Origin: a virus
Taxonomy: Duplodnaviria > Caudoviricetes
DNA: 53,451 nt
IMG/VR virus record: IMGVR_UViG_3300042987_003044
Coordinates: 1-53,451 of that record
Reading direction: 5' to 3' (one strand)
Shown here: piece by piece, positions 29,188 to 39,700 of the stretch
Position numbering within the stretch: the stretch's first letter is position 1
Layout of the letters: each line of letters opens with the position of its first letter
The notes under the pieces: model-generated
The model's database searches: none
What the model was told of the DNA's origin: nothing
What the model saw: only the letters and a program-made list of their open reading frames with translations
Made by a program: the position numbers and the translations under genes

Positions 29188-30732
29188 TTAGAATTCCAGT
29201 ATAATTTTAATGTCTTCTTTTTGTCTAGAATTTCTAGAAATCAATGCTCTGTTGTCCAAATAAATTATTTCACCAGACTTTTTATTTATCTCTGGATCTG
29301 CTAATCCAGAATTAAAAATAACACCCAAATTAATTATTGCAGATCCAGTGTTAGTTGTTATTCCAGAAAAATTGAGATCTATAGATCCAGAAAATGTATT
29401 TGAAATTATTGGATTAGATGATGATTCAAAAGATAATGTCTTTGCTGATGTGGATAAACCTACATAATCTGTTTGAGATGATCCTAGATTGAGATATAAG
29501 GACCTATCCTGATAGTACTTTAAAACACCGGTTTCTACATCATATGATGCAACATATCCATAAGCTATTCCAGATGAAACTTGTTGGCGAATTTTATCAC
29601 CAATAGATAAAGTTCCAGCACTATTAACGTTGTTTATTTTTATTGAATATAGGGAAGAAAATTGTTCATCAGTAAAAATAGTATCTGATGTCGCAAGTGA
29701 TGGATTTTTTATTATTCCAACCTGCGAAAACTTTGTATCTATTGGAAAATCTTTTGTAGAATCATCGAATCTTGCATAAACAAGAACTCTATCAGATCCT
29801 AATTCTGAGTAAATATCATATCCATGACCTTTTGATGGTGGAATAATCGGAATCAATTCGGCAAACTCTTGTGGTTGATTTAATACACTGGTTCTCAAAT
29901 CAACCATACCATAAGTATATCCTGTGCCACCAGAAGTAACAGTTGCACTAACTATAGTTCCGGCATCATTTACAGTTATTAAGGCTTTACCTCCTACACC
30001 GTCACCTAAAATATCGACCTCTCCAATATTAAAGTAACCTAAACCACCATTTTTAATATATATTTTTTTTAATTGATTTTGTATATTTTCACTATTTCCA
30101 TTCTCCCTCACAGATTGTATTGAGGGGTCTGTTGATGTTTCCCAATCATTTGGGAGAACTATGTAATCTGTAGAATCAAATTTAATTACATCTGATGGAG
30201 AAATAGTAAATAAATATTTCCAAATATACCCATCACCACTTTCTCCAGCAGGAGATGGTTCCAAATCAGTAAAAGTTGGTTCATCTTGAGATGCATTTCC
30301 GATTGGATTTTCCCCAGACGAACCATTATCAATACAAATATATACTCTATAATCTGAATTTATTACATAGTAGTTGGCATCATAAAGTCTTGATGAATTT
30401 GTTATTGGAGATGAATTAAATAAGCTGTAGTCATGCCTATACATTTCATATCTTACAGATTTAGTCCAATCTACTCTTCTTATTAATCTTCTCACATTGT
30501 TTCCGATAATTTTTTTGCCAAAAATTATCGTATCTTTATAATGATTGAAATAACTAAAATTGTCCACAGGTTGTGGAACATTTTCATTCCAATTATCTGT
30601 CCTCCCAAAACCTATCCCAGATGGATTTGGGAGACCCAAAAATAGGTAATAAGAATTATCTGCGTTTTGAACAGAATCAACAAAATTTTTAGAATTTAAT
30701 ATTCTAAAATTATCTGAGACAATTGCTGCCAT
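29188..30732 (-). CDS. gp8: Baseplate wedge subunit
   Basis: YRVYICIDN, DGYIWKYLFTI and C-terminal QKEDIKIILEF motifs. Confidence 0.92.
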   Translation of the reverse strand: MAAIVSDNFRILNSKNFVDSVQNADNSYYLFLGLPNPSGIGFGRTDNWNENVPQPVDNFSYFNHYKDTIIFGKKIIGNNVRRLIRRVDWTKSVRYEMYRHDYSLFNSSPITNSSRLYDANYYVINSDYRVYICIDNGSSGENPIGNASQDEPTFTDLEPSPAGESGDGYIWKYLFTISPSDVIKFDSTDYIVLPNDWETSTDPSIQSVRENGNSENIQNQLKKIYIKNGGLGYFNIGEVDILGDGVGGKALITVNDAGTIVSATVTSGGTGYTYGMVDLRTSVLNQPQEFAELIPIIPPSKGHGYDIYSELGSDRVLVYARFDDSTKDFPIDTKFSQVGIIKNPSLATSDTIFTDEQFSSLYSIKINNVNSAGTLSIGDKIRQQVSSGIAYGYVASYDVETGVLKYYQDRSLYLNLGSSQTDYVGLSTSAKTLSFESSSNPIISNTFSGSIDLNFSGITTNTGSAIINLGVIFNSGLADPEINKKSGEIIYLDNRALISRNSRQKEDIKIILEF

Positions 30733-30750
30733 TTTAAAAAGTTTTTTTAC

Positions 30751-30758
30751 TATTTATA
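30751..30758 (-). promoter_or_regulatory. Late promoter TATAAATA for gp8
   Basis: Exact consensus overlapping the gp7 stop. Confidence 0.8.
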
Positions 30759-33700
30759 TCGGTATATTTGGTCTTAATGCTCCAAGACCTTCAAATCCAT
30801 ATCCTCTTCTTTGCATTACTGGGAATGATGATAAACCTGAATTTATGGTAAAGGAACTAACTGCAATGCCTATGGGTGATAGTCTTTCAAAATTTGACAA
30901 TCTCCCCCAAGAAAATCTCCCTAACGGATTTGTTATTGATCCAAATGTTGAAATTCCAATAACTGAAGAATCTGACTTCACATTGCATATAATTTCCGCA
31001 TTCGCAGCTAATTTTGTTATGGAGTGGATATAGTAAATATTATTTAAAAATTGAGTTCCAACACCAATAACTGCAGAATTATCAGAATCTATAGAAGTAA
31101 CTCCAGATCCAACCTTAGTATCATATATGTAAATTGGGTATCCAACTTCCAGACCATCAAAAGTCAATGCATCTGTGCTCCTTAAGTTAAATTTGAGAGC
31201 TAGTGGATTTGAAAGTGTTCCTGTTGTTGTTGTAATTCCAGTAACAATCCCAGAAAATCCTTCTACATTTGCAACATTTCTAATATTTTCATATCTAACT
31301 GCAGGAGATTCAACAATAACTTGAACTGGAATAGAAGGATCATATCCAAATCCTGGACTAGTTATAGTAATCGGAGTAGATACTGATCCATTAGAAATGT
31401 TTGCTACTGCGGATGCAATTGATCCAATACCACTCATTATATTTGGTGGTGCTGATATTTTTACATCAATTGATCCGCCAGTATATCCGGATCCAGGATT
31501 AATGATGCTTATCGATTGAATTGTTCCACCAACAGAAACAACTGCAGATAATCCTGCCGAAACCGGATTACTATTTTCGACAATTAAAACATCAAAATCT
31601 ATAATGTCTATTGGAGATTCATTTTCTTCATATAGGAAAAATCTAGAATCATCAACAAATACTTCACTATCAGAAACATTTACATTTTTAATAATTTTTG
31701 CAGTTGGATATACTCTAGACTCTAGAGAATTTCTTGACTTATATACAGGTTGTCCATTGATTATATAATCAGATTTTTGTTTTGTCCAACTTAAAATTTT
31801 ATAATTTGGTTCATCAGTTTCTATTCCTGGACCAAAATATATATTTGTTTCAAATTCATCTGAAGTATTAATACCAACAATTGTTCTTGGATTTTGAGAT
31901 ACTGATCCATATATATTATCATTTTTTATAGCCTGAACTGTATCACCAACCTTGAGAGTTTCCACAACATTGACAATATTACTGTCAACACCTCTAGTTC
32001 CTCTGTAGAAGAATATCGCTATATTATTTTCAGGTTTTGGTGGTTCCGTAAATGTAAATGATGATCCTCCAGAAAATTGGTAAGAAACTCCCGGATCTTG
32101 AATTACACCATCAATGAATATTAATAGAACAGAATTTAAATCTAATATTGGATTATTCGTTTCAAAACTTAATGTATTTCCTTGATAAATCAAAGGAAAT
32201 CTAACTCTCTCACCATCTTGTAAAAACTTTATTGTATCAATATAATCAAGTTCACCTAATTCTATTGCAGAAAAAGAATCTGTAAATATTTCTGTAACTG
32301 TAAGTGTAAAATCACTTATTGGATTTGCTAATCTCGCGTCAGTTACTAGACCAACTGGTTTAAAAACATCACCAATTTCAAAACCATATCCAGGTCTAGT
32401 GATTTTGAATGAATTTACTGAAAAATAAGTAGATCCAATTCCCGTGCTACCATAAGAGGGTCCTACCTCAACACTCATAAGCAATCCAGTTCCAGTTTCG
32501 GTAGTTATGCCTGTAGAAAGTCTTGAAACACCGATAACTGGTAAATTTTCATATGAGGGTTCTGGAAGTATTAATTGTGGATTAGTGTATCCACTTCCAC
32601 CATTACTAATATTAAACGATAAAGTACCACCTAATCCAACAATTGCAGAAATTACTGCGCCAGTTCCGGTTGAATCTGTTATTGATACAATTCCAATATT
32701 TTTATTATATCCAGATCCCCAATTACCAGTAGTTCCAATACCAATAGAGGTTATTGTGCCACCAGATACTGATGCAGTCACAGAAGCTCCTACAAGCGGT
32801 GCAAATCCTATTCCATCGGTCGATCCTAGAGAAACAATAATACCACCTCTTGGTAATTGATTTTGATTTACATCAGTTTCTGAGACTATAATTTGCCCAT
32901 TTGAAGAAGTTATTCCTGTAAATACAATTTTTGTTTTTCCAGATTCTTCAACAGTTTCATAATTATTTCCTGAATTATTTTCAGTAGATGGAGTTTGGAA
33001 AATATCATTAATAAAAACTAAATTACTACCAGGTTGAACTCCAGTTGTATTAATTCCCTGAACAGTTAAGTTCATAGAAACACCAATACCTGTAAATTGA
33101 TCAGAAATATCGTCATAAATCACGTTAGTAGTATAATCTTGCCTTAAAAATACCCTTCCATTAAAAGATGATGCTGGTCTTGGTAAATTAGTTTCATTTT
33201 CATCAGATAAAGATCTTCCTTTTGGTGCATTAGTAAAATAAATTTTACTTCCTTTAATATTATATGCCCCCCTATAAACCCTAACATTCGTAGAATCAGT
33301 GTGAGATGTGGCAGAAGATCCTATAAAACCTCTTTCAACTTCCACTAATTTAAATGTTCCTATTCCAGTTATAGGACCAAATCTACTTTGACCCAACCCA
33401 ACATTTACAACATCAACATACTCATCATCAATTTTTAGAACATCAAAAAAGAAAACTGATGATATTCCACTTAAAGAAAATATAGTTGTATCTATTCCAA
33501 CTTGACCACCATTATATTGCAATGTATGTGATATTGGCGTATATTTAATTGGATTTTGAACTACCCCATCCAAGGATAAAACGGTTTTTTCAAGTTTTTT
33601 ATACATTTCAAATTTGTGAGCATTTCCAGATCCTAGTGAAGTGAAGGTTACACCTATCCCAGACCCAGTAGTTGAATAGTCATATCTTGTAGATATTCTA

Positions 33701-36700
33701 AATTTATCTTCATCAATCTTGATGGCATAAACTTCTTTTGGAAGAATAGTTGTTAAAACTCCAACAGAATTTAAAGTAGATCCTATTCCAAGTGGTAATG
33801 GAGAAATAGTGTTGAATGTAGATCCCTCAGTATAAATTAATCTTTCTCCAGTACTAAAGAAATGATTTTTTATTGTAAATATACCAGTTGATGGATCTAA
33901 AATTGAAGAATTTGTCGGATTAAAAGTTTTTTCAAATATGGAGAAATTTTTATGTTCTAAAGGAAAACTATTTTTGGAATATCTATCACCATTAATAGCA
34001 TTGAAGAATGCTATAGAAACAGACTCTCTTATTTTCCCATATTCTAGTTGATTTGGAGTATTTAATGAGTCATATTCTGAATAAAATGCCTGATTAAAAG
34101 ATTGCAATAAATATTGGCTAGAATTATATTCAGAATCTGGATAGAACACTAATTCAACATTAGTTCCATTCAATCTACCACCAAAAGTTCCTATACCAGA
34201 TGAATTGTTTATTGACAAGAAGGGGTAATTTTTTGTATATACATCTTCACTATTATGAATAGTTAATACTTGATGAAGAGCACTTGTGTTTCCAATAGAT
34301 ACTTTAACTATAGTTTTAAATGCACTTATACTTGATAAATCTTCAGATACTATTGTTGTTGTTCCGGTAGAAACTGAGAAATTAGAATCATACTTTACAC
34401 TTTGTGTAGAGTCTTCTGGTTGATCATCAGATAAAAATATGTAAGTTCCTATTCCAGATGCTGTAGATCCAAAACCTACAACCTTAGATCTTATCAATAG
34501 TTCACTATCTGTACTATTTTCATAAGTTAAAGTTAAAATTTGAGAATCTATATATGAAGAAAATGTTCCGATACTATTTGATGATAATGATGTATTGTCT
34601 AGAGTATCAAAATAATATTCAGAAATATAAGAATCTGTACCATCAGTAGTTAAATAGATGTCTACAAAATTAGATTCACCACTAGGTTTTTGTATAATTT
34701 GAGTACTAACATAAACTGAAGATAACTGGTTAGTATCAAAACTAATAATTGATACAGTTGATCCTATTCCACTAGTAGCAGCAATTCCACTTAAATTCAC
34801 CAATCCTATAGAATAAGTTCCAATACCAGACTCAACAGATGAAAAATTACTCTTTAAAATTTTCACATCAAGGTCTGTATCGAAAGGATCATCTGGTATG
34901 ATCTCCAATGCATTTTTATTATTAAAATCTATAAATCCATTTATATCTGATATTTTATTTTCTGTACTAAAAATATTCGCTTTTTCTAAAATATAGATAT
35001 TGTCCAGATCATTTAATGTAGATATTTCAATTAGTTGAATATCTGAAGTTTTTGGATCTTTGATTTGGATAAGAAAATCAGAATAATTATCCGTATAAGT
35101 AATAATCTTTTGTGTTTCTGCTGTATTTGCTACCCTATTATCGACATTTGAAAATAAATCTTGAATATTATCAATCTTTAATACGACGTTTGAAATGCAA
35201 TCAATATAATCTGTTAATTTTTTATTTTTTAATCTTAAAAATTTGGAATAATTTGATACAACATTGGTGTCTAATACTAAGTCAAAATTATTAATAGTAT
35301 CAACTCGATTTTCATCGATATAATCAATTGTAACACTATCATTTGTTAAAAATTCTTTTACACCTACTGTAGAAGATGAAGAAACTTGTGTATCTGCAAA
35401 ATTCTTAAGACCTATGGGATGTAGTAATTGATTGACAGGACTAGATATTTCATCATACTGTTTAGAACTCTTAATTGAATAAGATAAATTTTGATAATAA
35501 TCACTATCTATTGTCACTTGATAATAATCATTTAGTTTTCCAACATCAGATTGCCACCCAAAATCTTTTTCAGTATATGAATCAATATTTAATTGATTAT
35601 TTTGTTTTAAAATAGATTTAATCTCTCCAATTACCCCTGAAATTTTTCCTTTAATTATATTACCAATTTCAAGATTATCGTATTTTTCATCAACATAAGC
35701 ATTTTTGTCTCCAGATGAAGTAATTTGCAAATCCTTCTCAACAAAAAATTCACCTTCCTTCACTAGTACTTTTTCACCTATGGTAAATTTGGAATTATTT
35801 TGGGTAACTTTAAATTTAGGATAATTTGAATAATCTACAATTAAACTATTAATAGATGGATTAATGCTAGGAGTGCCCCCATCCGAAGAAAAATTAGAAA
35901 TTTTATATTCTATGACTGCTGGATTGGTGTTGAAATAATTATAAACCTCAAAAAATACATAACCATAATCAGATGAATTAAATCCATCACCAGATTCACT
36001 AGTATTTTGAATGCCCTCAACAAATATTAAATCACCTGTAGAAAAAATTGGTGTTGGAAATCCTAAGACTGGAGTTTCTATGATACATGTAACAATTCCA
36101 CTTGATGAGTTATAACTTACCGAAGTGATAGGAATTCCATTAGTATTATTGATAGAAAATACCTCACTTTCAATCGGACTTAATCCATATGGAGTTTCCA
36201 ATATTTCAACACTACCTATAGATGAATTATTCAATATTGGTTTAAGTTGACCATAAGGATAAACTTCACGAGTTTCCGAATTTAAAATAACTAGCGAAGG
36301 TTCGGATATATAATTTTTTCCTCCATCTAAAACTTCTATACTTTCAACTTTATCGGTGTTGATTAATTCTAATATCGTTGGAAAATATGATTGGGGATTT
36401 AGAGTGTTATCAACAGAATAATCATACCCCTGATTAAAAACTTTAATGTCTGCAACTTTACCTATAGAAGACGATGATAATCTAATTGAAGCACCCTTTC
36501 CATTTTCTGATAGTATTTTTGAAAAAGTCGGTAGTTTTTTATAGTTAAAACCATTTGAAATTATATTTATTTTATTCACTCCACCATTTTCTGTTTTTGA
36601 AGTTGTTGAATACTCAAGAATATCACACTCATCTGCACTATATCCCAAAATAATTGGATTTTCCAACAGAGTAAATGAAAATGTAGTAGATCCTATTCCA

Positions 36701-39700
36701 GTTACCGAATATCTTCCATTATATTTGGAATCAACAAAAGATAATTTTGAATAATTCACAACATCTACATCACTGAAAACAGAGACACCATCTTTTTCTA
36801 AAGAATAAAATAATTCATCCGGAATTTGTGTTGAAAAATCTAATGTAAAACTAGCATCGGTGCTTAATCCAACCGTTCCAATACCACTGGTAATAAATTC
36901 TTCGGAAGATTCAGTTGATTTAAATTCTTTATTAAAATTTTTATCATAATAAAGTTTAAATTCATATCCAAATAAAGATGTATCACTCAAATCAAATTTT
37001 AAAGAATTATTTTTTGTTATGTTAATCTGTGGATTAATGTTATATACAAATTGACTAGATCCTCCAGAACTAGCAATACTGACTAAGTTTGGTGGATTAA
37101 GATTTAAATCATATAAAGTTTCTGCAAAAGAAAATTTATTTGAATTTATTCTATAAATGTAGTATGATCCTGTCTGCAGACCAACCGGAATAGGTCCTAG
37201 TGCATTTTTATAATAAACTTTATCTCCGGTATTAAAATTATGATTTATTACTGTTATTTCATTAGTTGCAGTGTTTATACCAGACGAGCTAAATCCTATT
37301 GGATTTATTAAAATTTTCTGTATTGAGTCGTCATATATCACCTTTACTGAAGAGGATGTTCCAATTCCCACAGTAGTTTTTGGTTGAACATTTAAATCTA
37401 TGATATCATTTTCTTCCAAATTATGTTCAGTTTTTAAAGTTATTGATGCAGTTATTCTTTCAACTTTTCCAGTAACCTGAGTGTAATTACTTTCAAAGTA
37501 GTATTCATATTCATCAGAACCATTATTAACAAAAAATAAACCATCAGAACTTGTAGTTAATTCTACATTAGTACATAGTCCAATATAATTATTTGATTTT
37601 TTAATTATATAAACTCTTTCAGAATCTCCATTTGGAAGAGAAAATGATGCTCCATCTGAAGTTTTTTTAGCAAGTAATGATGAAGATAGTGGTGGTTTTG
37701 AAAGAGTTACTTCCTGACCAGTTTTAAATGGGTGATTTGGTAAATATATTGATTGTGTGGGAACGGAAACATCTTTATCAACCTCACCGACTGATGTTGG
37801 AACGATCCACGCTAATCCAGAAGTTGTTCCAATACCAACAGAATATTGTGGATTAAAATAAACTTTATCATTTATTTTTGATTCAAAATAATCAGTTTTT
37901 ACTTGTACTTTAAATTTATTCTTTACGAAAGATACTGGAGTAGATAAAGTATGTGCGATCCCTGTAAGAGTTCTTTTAACCCTTAAAATTTTATTAGTAT
38001 CAAAAATATTTAAGACCGTTAAATTTTCATTATCAATTTGTATCACATCATCGATAAAAAGAGTCGATGGAATGGATGACAAGTATATATCGGTTACAAT
38101 TCCTGTTCCCGATGGAATTGGTGCAAGTAGAATTGAACTATCACTTTCTACTTTACAAATTTTAGAACCACTTAGATTATTTACGAATGTGGATAACCCA
38201 GATATTGTTACTATATCGTTATCAAATAGTTGATGGGATGTTGAAATGTATGCTGAAATTTCCCTTGTATTTGTCCAAGTAAATATGAAATCATCGTAGG
38301 TATCAACTTCAGTATCTATTCTATCTACTTCTTTTCCATAAATTTGAGATACCTTGGCACTAAATCCCCCTCCATTCGTATTACTATTATCAATTTCTAC
38401 AAAATCACCAACCTTATAATCACTCCCTCTAGTCTCAACTAAACATTTATCTATTGATCCGGATGAAACAGACTCTATTAATATTTTCTGATCTACAATT
38501 TCGTTAGATTCTACAATAAAATCATTATCTGCATATTTTTCATTTGATTTATATGGGAATGTATTTCTAATTAATTTTGAATTTTCAAAATCAAAATCTT
38601 GATCCAAATTAAAATTATCAATAATTACTGGAGATCTAAAATATTCTCCAATAAAATATGGATAGATTCCACTATTGTTTATTGTATTTACAGTTGCAAA
38701 ATACGCATAAGTCCCATTTGGAAACTCTGGAGTTTTACACCACCTGCCATTATAAATGTCCAAATCTCCAGAATTATTAAAAATATAATCTTCTACAAAA
38801 GTTCCATAAGGAAATTCTGTGGTTGATGGTCTATTCTGAATATTATTTGTATTGAGTATATACCCAGATTCAATTACTTTTAGATCTGACGTTAAATCTT
38901 CAGGATCAGAATGCCCATATGGTCCATATATTGGATTTCCATCATACGCCCACCCTATAATTGGAGAATGAAAATCACCATTATCATTAAATTCTTGAGA
39001 GAATAATGATGTATCGTATGATATACAACCATATTGAAGTTTATTTTTAGAATCCTGTAATACAAAATTTCCAAATCTAGATCTACTATCAATTGATAAA
39101 TCCCTTATTTTAATATCAAGTAATGCATTATATCCAGCTGGGATAACAGAAATAGAAGTTTTTGGTAATGTATAATTGACTCCGGAAGATAACACAATAA
39201 CATCAACAATTTTGTTATCTACTATTACTGGTCTCAATTTACAACCAACACCGTCACCAACAACTAATAAATCTGGAGTACTATAATATTCAGTGCCCGA
39301 TGATTCAACTTCTACTCGGACAATAGATCCATTAATTATAACGGGGCGTAATAAAGCATCTTTTCCGGTTTTTATAAAAATAAAAGGTTTTTTCTCAAAA
39401 TTTATCAAAGATGATCCATATCCTACACCAGATTCATATAAATAAGCATCAACAATTTTTCCTCTAACTACTGGAGTGGCTACAATATTCCCAGTAAAAG
39501 TACTTCCATAAGATACTAATATATTAACTTTAATTTCTGGATATTTAAAAACATTAAACCCAGATCCAGATGATTTAAAAGTGGCAAATTTTTTACGATT
39601 ATAATCAGTGGTATCTTTATTTGTTCCAGCGTTTGCTAGTCTAAAAGTGTCATTATCAATTTTTAAAATATAATATTGATTAGTTGTAGAAATACCTGAT